From an uncultured Rhodobacterales bacterium (GTDB taxonomy: Bacteria; Pseudomonadota; Alphaproteobacteria; Puniceispirillales; Marisalimonadaceae): a stretch of DNA of 64,000 bases. Below are positions 30,483-39,797 of the stretch, piece by piece; the stretch's first letter is position 1, and each line of letters begins with the position of its first letter. The translations under genes and the position numbers were made by a program. The stretch covers positions 9,820-73,819 of the forward strand of contig CAZFKZ010000004.1 in the NCBI GenBank assembly GCA_964519035.1, written 5' to 3'. The notes under the pieces are model-generated. The model ran no database searches. It saw only the letters and a program-made list of their open reading frames with translations, and was not told where the DNA came from.

Positions 30483-31574
30483 ATGACTATTAACATTTTA
30501 GCTTTTGATGGTGACGGTATCGGTCCAGAAATAATGACTTCAACTTTGGATGTTATAAGTTTTTTAAACACAAAGTTAAACTTAAACATTAATATTGAAA
30601 AAGAAGTCATAGGATTTAAATCTTTAGAAACAGATGGAACAACTTTCACAGAAAAAGCTTTGTTTAAATCAAAAGAAGCGGATGGGATTATTTTAGGTCC
30701 AGTTGACCATAATAATTATCCTGACAAATCAGAAGGTGGGGTAAATCCTTCAGGCATTCTTCGTATAAAATTAGATTTGTTTGCCAATATTAGGCCAGCA
30801 AAAAATTATAAAAATGTTAAATCTCTATCTAAAAATATGAATTTAATAATTGTAAGAGAGAATACTGAAGGGTTCTATGCAGACAGGAACATGTTTGACG
30901 GTAATGGTGAATTTAGTCCTGTTCAGGGTGTTGGTCTGGCATTTAGAAAAATTACAAAAAAAGCTTCTTTAAGAATAGCTGAATCTGCTTTTAACATTGC
31001 TAAGAACATATCTGCATCAACGGATAAAAAAATTAGAGTACATGCTATTCACAAAGCAAATGTAATGAGACTTACTGATGGAATTTTTCTAGATGCTTGT
31101 CGTCAGATCTCCTTAAAATATGATAATATACATTATAAAGAGATGTTAGTTGATGCTTGTGCCGCTCACATAGTAAGGGATCCAAGTCAATTTGATATCA
31201 TTTTGACTACTAATATGTTTGGTGATATTTTGTCAGACTTAGCTACAGAATTATCTGGTTCTTTGGGCTTGGCGGGCTCATTAAACGCTGGTGAAAGTCA
31301 AGCTATGGCTCAAGCACAACATGGTTCTGCTAATGATATTGCTGGGAAAAACATCGCTAATCCAATATCATTAATATTATCTACTAGCATGTTATTAAAT
31401 TGGTTGGGAGATAAAAGAAAGTTGGAGAACCTTATTTTAGCATCGAGATTAATAAATAATTCTGTTATAAAGCTTTTAGAAACTGAAATAAACTTAACTA
31501 AAGACCTTGGTGGAACAACTTCAACGCAAGAAACAACAAAAAAGTTAATTAATATTTTGAATCACTTTATTTAA
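30483..31574 (+). CDS. Isopropylmalate/tartrate/isocitrate dehydrogenase-family beta-decarboxylating dehydrogenase
   Basis: 363 aa with ILAFDGDGIGPEI, IVRENTEGFYA and NMFGDILSDLATELSGSLGLAGS. Confidence 0.85.
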   Translation: MTINILAFDGDGIGPEIMTSTLDVISFLNTKLNLNINIEKEVIGFKSLETDGTTFTEKALFKSKEADGIILGPVDHNNYPDKSEGGVNPSGILRIKLDLFANIRPAKNYKNVKSLSKNMNLIIVRENTEGFYADRNMFDGNGEFSPVQGVGLAFRKITKKASLRIAESAFNIAKNISASTDKKIRVHAIHKANVMRLTDGIFLDACRQISLKYDNIHYKEMLVDACAAHIVRDPSQFDIILTTNMFGDILSDLATELSGSLGLAGSLNAGESQAMAQAQHGSANDIAGKNIANPISLILSTSMLLNWLGDKRKLENLILASRLINNSVIKLLETEINLTKDLGGTTSTQETTKKLINILNHFI

Positions 31575-31581
31575 TAAAATT

Positions 31582-32682
31582 ATGTCAGATCAAATATCAA
31601 TACCTACAGTCTATATGAGAGGAGGTACTTCTAAAGGGCTACTCTTCAATAAAAAACATTTGCCTATTAACCAGACTAAGTTGACAAGCTATTTACTTGC
31701 AGCCATGGGCTCTCCAGACACAAGGCAAATAAATGGGATGGGCGGAGCTACTTCAGTCACTAGTAAAGTTTGTATTATATCAAAAAGTGAAATTGCTAAT
31801 GTTGATATTGACTATTTCTTTGCTCAGGTCTTAATTGATGAAGCTAAGGTTGATTATGGCCCTACTTGTGGAAACATGCTTTCTGCGGTTGGCCCTTTTG
31901 CTATAGAACAAGGTTTAATTGAAGCAACAGAAACCTATACTAAAATTGTAATAAGATCTGTAAACACAGGTGCAATAATTGATGCAACAATCCCCACTCC
32001 TAAAAAATTACTAACCTACTCTGGTGATTATAAAATTGCAGGAGTTCCAGGTAATGGGTCTCCAATCCTATTAAAATTTAAAAATATTGTAGGAGGAGCA
32101 ACTGGAAAGCTTTTGCCTGCTGGACAAACAGTAACAAATATTAAAGGTGTTGAAGTAACTTGTTTAGATGTATCAATGCCAATTGCGATGGCCAATGCAA
32201 AGGATTTTGGCATAGACGGTAATGAAACTTCTTTAGTTTTAAATTCTAATAAAAATTTATTAAAAAAAATTGAAGAAATACGCCTGCTTGCAGGTTTAGA
32301 GATGGGCATGGGAAACGTAAATGGTAAAGTCTTACCAAAATTTGCACTACTATCTAAGCCTTTGCATGGAGGCACAATTACCTCAAGATATTTTACTCCT
32401 AAAACATGTCACGAGTCCCACGCTGCAACAGGCACTAATTGTATTGCTTCTGCATGTTTGATTTCAGGAACTGTGGCTTCAAAAATTGCAAATATCAAAG
32501 CTACTGGAGAAGATACAATTATAATTGAGCATCCTTTGGGGTCTATAGATTGTATAGTGGAGACTTCAAGAACAACCCAAGAAACAGATAGTAAATATAT
32601 AAAATCTTGCGGTGTATATCGTACCTCAAGAAAAATTATGGATGGAAATATCTATATCCCAAAAGACATTGAAAATGATTAA
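31582..32682 (+). CDS. PrpF-family isomerase (aconitate/methylitaconate/oxalomesaconate isomerase-type)
   Basis: 366 aa with IPTVYMRGGTSKGLLF and the catalytic-Cys segment GPTCGNMLSAVGPFA. Confidence 0.8.
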   Translation: MSDQISIPTVYMRGGTSKGLLFNKKHLPINQTKLTSYLLAAMGSPDTRQINGMGGATSVTSKVCIISKSEIANVDIDYFFAQVLIDEAKVDYGPTCGNMLSAVGPFAIEQGLIEATETYTKIVIRSVNTGAIIDATIPTPKKLLTYSGDYKIAGVPGNGSPILLKFKNIVGGATGKLLPAGQTVTNIKGVEVTCLDVSMPIAMANAKDFGIDGNETSLVLNSNKNLLKKIEEIRLLAGLEMGMGNVNGKVLPKFALLSKPLHGGTITSRYFTPKTCHESHAATGTNCIASACLISGTVASKIANIKATGEDTIIIEHPLGSIDCIVETSRTTQETDSKYIKSCGVYRTSRKIMDGNIYIPKDIEND

Positions 32683-33745
32683 AATAACATCCTCTTATTT
32701 TGATTTTCTTTTTGACTGGTGGCCTCAAAAATGGAGATATATATTAAGTTTGATTTTAGCTGTAATAAGTAGTTTTATAGCTTATTATCTAGGGCTGCCT
32801 TTACCATGGATGCTAGGACCTTTATTAGGGTGTGGTTTTTTTTCAGCAATTGGTAAACCGGTTATAATAGGAAAAAAACCAAGACCTCTTTGTAGAGCGC
32901 TTTTAGGTTGTACAATTGGAGCCAATTTTGGCCCAGAAATACTGGATAGGATATCTGAGATTGGAATGTCTTTATTGTTTATTCCTGGTTTTGTAATGAT
33001 AATGGGGTTTACAACTTATATATATTTATCCAAAATTATGAAACTGAACAAATCAACATCCGTTTATGGTTCTATACCTGGCGGTTTGAATGAAATGGTT
33101 ATTCTTGGGCAAGAAATAGGTGCTGATCCAAGAACTCTTGTTTTAATTCATGCAACAAGAATAGTGGTAGTAGTTTTTTTAGCTTCTTTGTTAATTTTAT
33201 TTGTTCCAAATATAGGAATAAAAAATATGCCCCAACCTGATTTATTTTACAATTGGCAACAGCTTCCATTTGTATTTTTAATTTCAATTCTTGGATGGTT
33301 TTTAGCTGTTAAATTCAAAGTTCCTGGTCCAACAATAATAGGGCCGATGATTTTATCTGCTTTTATTCATGTTTTTGAAATAGTTGATGCTATGCCAATA
33401 TATATATTAGTAATTTCTATTCAAATTTTGTTGGGTTCGGCTCTTGGATGTTTGTTTAAAAATATTACGTTAAAAGAAATGTCTGGTCCAATTCTGGCAG
33501 GACTTATTACAACTTTAATTTCTATTATCCCATTAGCTTTAATCTATTTTATTTTAATAAATTTAGGTTATGATCCATTGTCAATCTTGTTAGCTTTTTC
33601 ACCTGGTGGTCAATCTGAAATGAACATTCTAGCTCTTTCAATTGGAGCTGATATGTCATTTATAAGTCCTCATCATATGTTTAGAGTTTTTCTTGTGATT
33701 ATATGTGCTGGAGTTTTACATAAAATTTTGAAAAAAAATATCTAA
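32675..33745 (+). CDS. AbrB-family (PF05145, formerly 'putative ammonia monooxygenase') membrane protein, putative transporter
   Basis: Polytopic with repeated PGGLNEM and SPGGQSEM motifs. Start set at ATG 32675 (MIKITSSYFDF), an 8-nt overlap with the PrpF gene. The track start at 32612 lies inside the PrpF gene. Confidence 0.7.
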   Translation: MIKITSSYFDFLFDWWPQKWRYILSLILAVISSFIAYYLGLPLPWMLGPLLGCGFFSAIGKPVIIGKKPRPLCRALLGCTIGANFGPEILDRISEIGMSLLFIPGFVMIMGFTTYIYLSKIMKLNKSTSVYGSIPGGLNEMVILGQEIGADPRTLVLIHATRIVVVVFLASLLILFVPNIGIKNMPQPDLFYNWQQLPFVFLISILGWFLAVKFKVPGPTIIGPMILSAFIHVFEIVDAMPIYILVISIQILLGSALGCLFKNITLKEMSGPILAGLITTLISIIPLALIYFILINLGYDPLSILLAFSPGGQSEMNILALSIGADMSFISPHHMFRVFLVIICAGVLHKILKKNI

Positions 33746-33759
33746 TTAAAATTTATCAA

Positions 33760-34152
33760 CTATGCTTTTTTAATATTATTTATCAAGCTCATTTTTATGT
33801 TATCTACAAAAGGTATATCCTCAATCCAGGACATTTCAAAGCCCTCTATACAGCCAATATTATATCCATACTGATTTGGGTCAGATCTTCTTTTATGGTG
33901 AGTATTTATACCACATATTTTACAAAAAAAATGTTCAGCTATTTTTGTATTCCATTTATAGGAGGTTAAATTTTTTTCCCCTGATGTAATAGTTAATTCA
34001 TCTATTAAAGCTGTTCCCATCACAAAGCCTTTTCTAGAACACATGGAGCAATTACATCTTCGTAAATCTCTAATTTTTGTGTTTATCGTAAATTTAACTG
34101 ATCCGCAGTGACACTTTCCTTTAAGAGGTAAGGTTAAATCATTTATGTTCAT
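33760..34152 (-). CDS. GFA/CENP-V-family zinc protein (glutathione-dependent formaldehyde-activating-like)
   Basis: 130 aa with CHCGSVKF, RRCNCSMCSRKG and FCKICG cysteine motifs. Confidence 0.75.
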   Translation of the reverse strand: MNINDLTLPLKGKCHCGSVKFTINTKIRDLRRCNCSMCSRKGFVMGTALIDELTITSGEKNLTSYKWNTKIAEHFFCKICGINTHHKRRSDPNQYGYNIGCIEGFEMSWIEDIPFVDNIKMSLINNIKKA

Positions 34153-34169
34153 TAATTCTCTTTTGTTCT

Positions 34170-35069
34170 TTAAAATGCAAATCCAAATTCATCCCTTAAT
34201 GTATTGGCTAATTCAGCACTTTTTTCTTTTGAAATTTGCTGGAATGGTGGCCTTAAATTATTCCACATAGGATTTTTTGTTTGAATGGCTAATAAAGCTT
34301 TTTGTGCTGGAATTGGAGCATAATCTTGAAATAATAATCGAACTGATTTTACTTTCTTTTGAAGTTTTTCAGCTTCATCCCAATTTTTAGAATGGCAAAG
34401 GTCTATGACACTTGCAATATCTTTACTATTTAAATTTGCTGTTGCTGATATACAACCTGGCGCGCCAAGTTTAATTGCTTCAATCACAGGCAGTTCTGCT
34501 CCTGGATATACAATTAAGTCTTTAATTTTTAATAAAGCTTCTGTATTCTCCCATACACCTGAGCTATCTTTTATTCCAACTATAGTCTCAGGAAAAGAAG
34601 ATTTTAATTTTTGAACAAGATCTATTGATAAGCCAACGCCACAAACTTGTGGAATGTGATACAAGTAAATTTTAAGCTTATTAGTATTCACACCTTCAAT
34701 TAATTTTTCAAAATGTTCAAATAAACCATCATCAGTCATTCCTTTAAAATAAAAAGGAGGTAACGTCATCACTCCATGACACCCCATATCAATTGCATGT
34801 TTAGTTAGTTTAATAGTATCAGGTAAGTTACATAATCCTGTTCCAGGAATTAATATATCTGGATCAATACCACTTTTTATTAAGCCCTCAAGAGCATCCA
34901 TTCTTTCGTCATTTCCAACGGACAGAGCTTCTCCTGTAGTTCCAAATGGTGCAAGTCCTGAACAACCGTTATTTAGCAAATCTTTAGCTAGATCATTATA
35001 CATCTTTTGATCAAGTTTTAGTTGCTTATCAAATGGTGTTAGTATTGGTGCTATCAAACCTTTAATCAT
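34170..35069 (-). CDS. DapA/NAL-family class I aldolase or dehydratase (dihydrodipicolinate synthase-like)
   Basis: FGTTGEALSV, YHIPQVCGV and Schiff-base lysine motif VGIKDSSG. Start set at ATG 35069 (MIKGLIAPILTPF), 5 nt after GGAGA. Confidence 0.85.
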   Translation of the reverse strand: MIKGLIAPILTPFDKQLKLDQKMYNDLAKDLLNNGCSGLAPFGTTGEALSVGNDERMDALEGLIKSGIDPDILIPGTGLCNLPDTIKLTKHAIDMGCHGVMTLPPFYFKGMTDDGLFEHFEKLIEGVNTNKLKIYLYHIPQVCGVGLSIDLVQKLKSSFPETIVGIKDSSGVWENTEALLKIKDLIVYPGAELPVIEAIKLGAPGCISATANLNSKDIASVIDLCHSKNWDEAEKLQKKVKSVRLLFQDYAPIPAQKALLAIQTKNPMWNNLRPPFQQISKEKSAELANTLRDEFGFAF

Positions 35070-35288
35070 TTTTTCTCCATATAAATAAAATTCATCCCTT
35101 AACATAAACTATTTAGTTTATTAATAAAACTATCAATACAAATATATCATTAAAACTTTGTTTGATTTGCTTTTATAACTCATAATTTTTAGCGTTTTTA
35201 ATTTACTAAACATATTAAATAAATTAAGTTGATTAATAATATAATTAAAAATTTATAGTTTATATTTTATAATAGTTAGGGGTTTAAT

Positions 35289-36416
35289 GTGTCTGAAAAC
35301 ATTAAAAAATCTGAAATTCGTGTTAACGTTAAAGATGCAATCGAGCTTATAACAGAGATCTTTAAATCAAAATCTTGCAGTGATTATGAAGCAAAAACAG
35401 TTGCTGAAAGATTATGTGGAGCTAACTTAAAAGGGCATGATAGTCATGGTATTGTTAGAGTTCCAAGGTATGTTGAATGGATGGGTGAAGGTAAGGTTTT
35501 TGCAAATAAGAAACCTGAACTTGTTATAGATGCGGGTGCCTTAGCCTGTTTAGATGCTAAACAAGGTTTTGGTCAAGTAGCTGGTGAACACGCAGTTGAT
35601 GAGGGTATACTTAGAGCAAAAAAATATGGAGTTTCAGTTGTAGGTCTTAGAAATTCTGGTCATCTTGGTAGGATTGGAGATTGGGCAGAAAGAGCAGGAG
35701 ATGCAGGTTTTGTTTCTTTTCATTTCGTAAATGTAAGAGGTAGTCTACTTGTTGCTCCATTCGGTGGGACTGATCGAAGAGGTAGCACTTCCCCTTTAGC
35801 TATTGGAATTCCGTCTAAAGGGCAAGAGCATATAGTTCTAGATATGGCAACATCCACTGTTGCAGAAGGTAAAGTTTTAGTTGCGCAAAAGGGGGGTAAA
35901 AGCTTACCTGAAGGCGCTCTAATTGATAGCTCCGGAAATTTAAGTGCTAATCCAGAAGTGCTCTATGGGAAAGTTAACGATGATGAAGTGCCTGATGCTT
36001 TAAATGGACCTGGTGCTATTACTGCTTTTGGCCTTCATAAAGGTTCTGGAATAAATTTTATGATGGAAATGTTAGGTGGAGCTTTGACAGGTTCAGGTGT
36101 TTCAGAAGGAATAGATGATAAGGAAACAAGGCTGTTTGCAAATGGTATGTTATCCATATACATATCGGTAGAGAAAATGGTTGATATTGATTATTTTACT
36201 AAAGAAGTAAAATCATATGCTGATTTTGTTAGAGCTTCGCCCCCCGCAGATAAAAATGGTAAAGTACTAATTCCAGGGGATAAAGAAATAATGACGAATA
36301 AAGATAGATTAGTAAACGGATTGCCAGTTGCGCCTCTAGTTTGGGAAAACATTAGACAAACAGCTGAAAAGTTGAGTATTCCTAAACTAGATAGATTTAA
36401 AAATGCAATTTTATAA
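35289..36416 (+). CDS. Ldh_2-family (malate/L-lactate/Pyr2C-reductase type) NAD(P)H oxidoreductase
   Basis: 375 aa with GHDSHGIVRVPRYV, NSGHLGRIG and HKGSGINFMMEMLGG. GTG start. Confidence 0.8.
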   Translation: MSENIKKSEIRVNVKDAIELITEIFKSKSCSDYEAKTVAERLCGANLKGHDSHGIVRVPRYVEWMGEGKVFANKKPELVIDAGALACLDAKQGFGQVAGEHAVDEGILRAKKYGVSVVGLRNSGHLGRIGDWAERAGDAGFVSFHFVNVRGSLLVAPFGGTDRRGSTSPLAIGIPSKGQEHIVLDMATSTVAEGKVLVAQKGGKSLPEGALIDSSGNLSANPEVLYGKVNDDEVPDALNGPGAITAFGLHKGSGINFMMEMLGGALTGSGVSEGIDDKETRLFANGMLSIYISVEKMVDIDYFTKEVKSYADFVRASPPADKNGKVLIPGDKEIMTNKDRLVNGLPVAPLVWENIRQTAEKLSIPKLDRFKNAIL

Positions 36417-36431
36417 TTATATCTTTTTGTT

Positions 36432-36659
36432 ATGAAAAAAATAGAAATATTGAAGTGGTTAGCCACCGCTACTCTTATAATTGGAACAGCTGTAAACTCT
36501 TATGGATATTATCCTGAAGGACCTTTGATATTAGCTTTAGGTGGATTTATATGGCTGATTGTTTCTATTATGTGGAAAGAATGGAGCTTGATTGTGACCA
36601 ATGTTATTTTGACTATAATGGGTGTAGGAGGTGTAATAATTAAATACTACTTTAATTAA
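36432..36659 (+). CDS. Small 3-TM membrane protein
   Basis: 75 aa with three hydrophobic helices. Starts 15 nt after the Ldh_2 gene. No family recognised. Confidence 0.5.
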   Translation: MKKIEILKWLATATLIIGTAVNSYGYYPEGPLILALGGFIWLIVSIMWKEWSLIVTNVILTIMGVGGVIIKYYFN

Positions 36660-36662
36660 TTT

Positions 36663-37409
36663 TTATTTTCTTCTTAAAAATTGAGAGAAATAACCATCAT
36701 AATTCTTATTAGTATTATCATCATTTGATCCTAGTTTATTTACTTTGTAATTTAATTTCAATAACATCTCAATCATAGCTACAGCTGCCGAAACTCCCTC
36801 AATTATTGGAATTTGAAACTCCTTTTCTAATTCTTGAGTTAACCTCATAATACCTGGGCTGCAAAGAATTATAGCCTCTGCTTTATCTTCTAGCATTGTT
36901 CTTTTTATTTCATTTTTAAGCTTTAATAAGTTTGACTTTGACATAGTTTCTAAATCAAGAACTGGAACTTCTATTGAGTTTAAAGAAACACATTTATCAT
37001 TTAAGCCATATTTTATTAGGTTATTCTTAATGGCCTCATTTGATCGTGATATTGGTGTTATTATAGAGAAATTTTTTCCAATAATATTAGCAATATAAAA
37101 AGAAGCTTCTCCAAGACCTAAAATTAATTTAGATTTAATACTTCTGGCTATATTTATTCCAGGATCTTCAAAACAAGTTATTATAAATGCATCAGATGTT
37201 TTGTTATTTTCAATTTCTTTAATTAAGTTTGTAACATTAACACTTTCATCATAATATCCATCAAACAAACTATCTTCAATGGCTTGCTTATTCATCAGAA
37301 TTTTATTTTGGGATGACACTGTTTTAAATGCAGTAGCTTCGATTTTATTAGTCAATAAATCTGTTTTATAAGGGTTAATAATACAAATCTCAAAACTCAA
37401 GCTAATCAA
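36663..37409 (-). CDS. Asp/Glu/hydantoin racemase-family protein
   Basis: 248 aa with two Cys-containing segments, FIITCFEDPGI and AIILCSPGIM, in the positions of the catalytic Cys pair of hydantoin/Asp racemases. The TTG start overlaps the upstream TGA (TTGA). Confidence 0.7.
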   Translation of the reverse strand: MISLSFEICIINPYKTDLLTNKIEATAFKTVSSQNKILMNKQAIEDSLFDGYYDESVNVTNLIKEIENNKTSDAFIITCFEDPGINIARSIKSKLILGLGEASFYIANIIGKNFSIITPISRSNEAIKNNLIKYGLNDKCVSLNSIEVPVLDLETMSKSNLLKLKNEIKRTMLEDKAEAIILCSPGIMRLTQELEKEFQIPIIEGVSAAVAMIEMLLKLNYKVNKLGSNDDNTNKNYDGYFSQFLRRK

Positions 37410-39757
37410 CGTTTTTTAGTTGTTATGATTGGTCTTCTAAAGACATTAAGTTCAGGGAGTTCTCCTATAAACTTTTTAATTTCGACTAATGTTGAATGTG
37501 CTGATGGCCCTTGTGAAAGAGAAGAGGTTCCTTGGTCAATTGTAAGCACGTTTGGGTTGCCGTGTATACAAAAACTACCATCATCAACAGGGTCATACCA
37601 TGCACCTACTGGAAGAAAAATTACACCCTTCATAACTTCGCGACTAATTGTAACTCCAGCAAGGCATTTCCCTCTTTTATTATAAACTTCAACGACATCT
37701 CCATTTTTAAGATTTCTATATAAAGCATCTTGAGGATGAATTTTCAAAGGTTCTCTTCCAGATATTTTGTCTTTTTGACTTTCAGAACCATTATCTAGTT
37801 GACTATGTAGTCTATTTACTGGTTGCCCTGAAATTAGTTGAAGAGGAAAATCTTTTGCTACAGGTGACCCTAACCATTCATCTTGTTCAAGCCAAACTGG
37901 ATGTCCAGGGCAATCCTCATAATTAAAATCAGCAATTGTTTGAGAAAAAATTTCAATTCTACCAGAAGGAGTTGGCAACGCATTAGTTATTGGATCTTTT
38001 CTAAAGTCTTCCAATAAAATAGTTTGTTGTTTAGGATATAACACTTCTTGGAAACCATTTTTCCAAAATTTGTCAAATTCTGGCAAATTAAAATTTGCTT
38101 CAGTAGCGCTTTCTCGAGCTTGTTCCCATAGATGCCTTAACCATTCATCTGTATTACGGCCTTCAGTAAATTTTTCTTTAATATTAAGCTTTTCAGACAG
38201 GCCAGAAAAAATCTCATAATCAGATTTAGATTCGCCTATTGGTTCTATTGCTTTGTGCATAGGAGATATTGTTTGATCCCAATGTCTAATAGCAATATCA
38301 TCTCTTTCTAAAGATGTTGACGCAGGTAAAATTATATCAGCATGTCTTGATAGACTATTCCACCAGATTTCATTAACAATAATGGTATCAGGCTTTTTAA
38401 ATGCTTTTGTCAGTTTTTTTAAATCCATTTGATGGTGAAAAGGGTTGCCACCTGCCCAATAGACTAATTTGATATCAGGGTATTTATAATTTTCTCCATT
38501 ATAAGGAAATACATCTCCAGGGTTAAGGAGCATATCTGATATTCTTGCAACTGGTATAAAATCAGAAACTATATTTTTAAATTGGTTTAGTGCTGGCCAT
38601 TTATGATATTGTACTGGGTTTCCTATTCCATTTTCTGCACTATAACCTAGTCCAAAACCTCCTCCAGGAAGTCCAATTTGTCCCAACATACAAGCTAACA
38701 CAGTTATCATCCAATGAGGCTGTTCTCCATATTGCTGTCTTTGTAGTGCCCATGCGCCTGTTATCATGGTTCTTTTAGTTGAAATTTTTTTAGCTAAATT
38801 CTGTATAGTACTACTTGGTATTCCAGTTACTTTTGAAGCCCAAAAAGGCGTTTTGGCTTTTCCATCTGATATACCTTTTAAGTATTGAGTGAACTCTTCA
38901 TAACCAGTACAGTATTTTTTTATAAATTCTTTGTTTACCATGCTTTCAGTTTCAAGAACAAAAGCAATGGCAAGCATTAATGCTGTGTCAGTACCAGGCC
39001 TGATTTTAATCCAATCAGCATTAGTTATTATGTCAGCTTCCATTTCCATTGGACTAATATTAATAAATTCAATGCCTTTTTTACTACAAGCTTTTAAATA
39101 TTCCTTAGTAGTATGTTTCCCTACACCACCTGAAGTTACTTGAGAGTTTTTGAGTGGCAAGCCTCCAAACATTAATATCAGTTCTGAATTATCTTTGATA
39201 TTATTCCAATCTGTGTGGGTATCTAAAAATTTTCTATAAGAGAGACCTATGACATGAGGCATTATTGTTTCACTTGCGGCATATGAATAAGTGTTAACTG
39301 ATTTAGTGTAACCACCATAAGAGTTAAAAAATCTATGAAGTTGGCTTTGCGGGTGATGAAATCTTCCTGATGAACCCCACCCATATGACCCAGCAAAAAA
39401 AGCATTGTTACTATATTTCTTTTTAATCCTCTGCAATTCAAATGCAGAAATTTCAAATGCTTCTTCCCATGTGATAGCTACAAAACTATCAATGCCTCTT
39501 TTTTCTCTAGACCGTTTGTTAGCTATATTATCCTTGCTAGTAGACATTTCCTTTCGAATTTCTCTAAGGTAACCCTTTCTCACATGTGGCACTTTGATTC
39601 TTAAGTCATCATCAATGGCATCAATTATACCATTTGCTATCAAAGATGGGTCTTTATCTTTTTCGTAAGGTCGCATTCCAACCAATTTATTATCATCAAC
39701 TTCAGCGTAATAACTACCCCAATGTGCAGAAGTAGGTTTTTTATTTTTAAATGACAT
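37406..39757 (-). CDS. Cytoplasmic molybdopterin oxidoreductase, DMSO-reductase family type III (BisC/TorZ-like S- or N-oxide reductase)
   Basis: 783 aa. N-terminus TSAHWGSYYAEVDDNKLVGMRP resembles BisC. No twin-arginine signal and no N-terminal Cys cluster. Molybdopterin-binding and C-terminal MGD-binding beta-barrel regions are present. Confidence 0.85.
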   Translation of the reverse strand: MSFKNKKPTSAHWGSYYAEVDDNKLVGMRPYEKDKDPSLIANGIIDAIDDDLRIKVPHVRKGYLREIRKEMSTSKDNIANKRSREKRGIDSFVAITWEEAFEISAFELQRIKKKYSNNAFFAGSYGWGSSGRFHHPQSQLHRFFNSYGGYTKSVNTYSYAASETIMPHVIGLSYRKFLDTHTDWNNIKDNSELILMFGGLPLKNSQVTSGGVGKHTTKEYLKACSKKGIEFINISPMEMEADIITNADWIKIRPGTDTALMLAIAFVLETESMVNKEFIKKYCTGYEEFTQYLKGISDGKAKTPFWASKVTGIPSSTIQNLAKKISTKRTMITGAWALQRQQYGEQPHWMITVLACMLGQIGLPGGGFGLGYSAENGIGNPVQYHKWPALNQFKNIVSDFIPVARISDMLLNPGDVFPYNGENYKYPDIKLVYWAGGNPFHHQMDLKKLTKAFKKPDTIIVNEIWWNSLSRHADIILPASTSLERDDIAIRHWDQTISPMHKAIEPIGESKSDYEIFSGLSEKLNIKEKFTEGRNTDEWLRHLWEQARESATEANFNLPEFDKFWKNGFQEVLYPKQQTILLEDFRKDPITNALPTPSGRIEIFSQTIADFNYEDCPGHPVWLEQDEWLGSPVAKDFPLQLISGQPVNRLHSQLDNGSESQKDKISGREPLKIHPQDALYRNLKNGDVVEVYNKRGKCLAGVTISREVMKGVIFLPVGAWYDPVDDGSFCIHGNPNVLTIDQGTSSLSQGPSAHSTLVEIKKFIGELPELNVFRRPIITTKKR

Positions 39758-39797
39758 ATGTACCTCTTATATATTAAAGATAGTAGTCTTAAACTAT

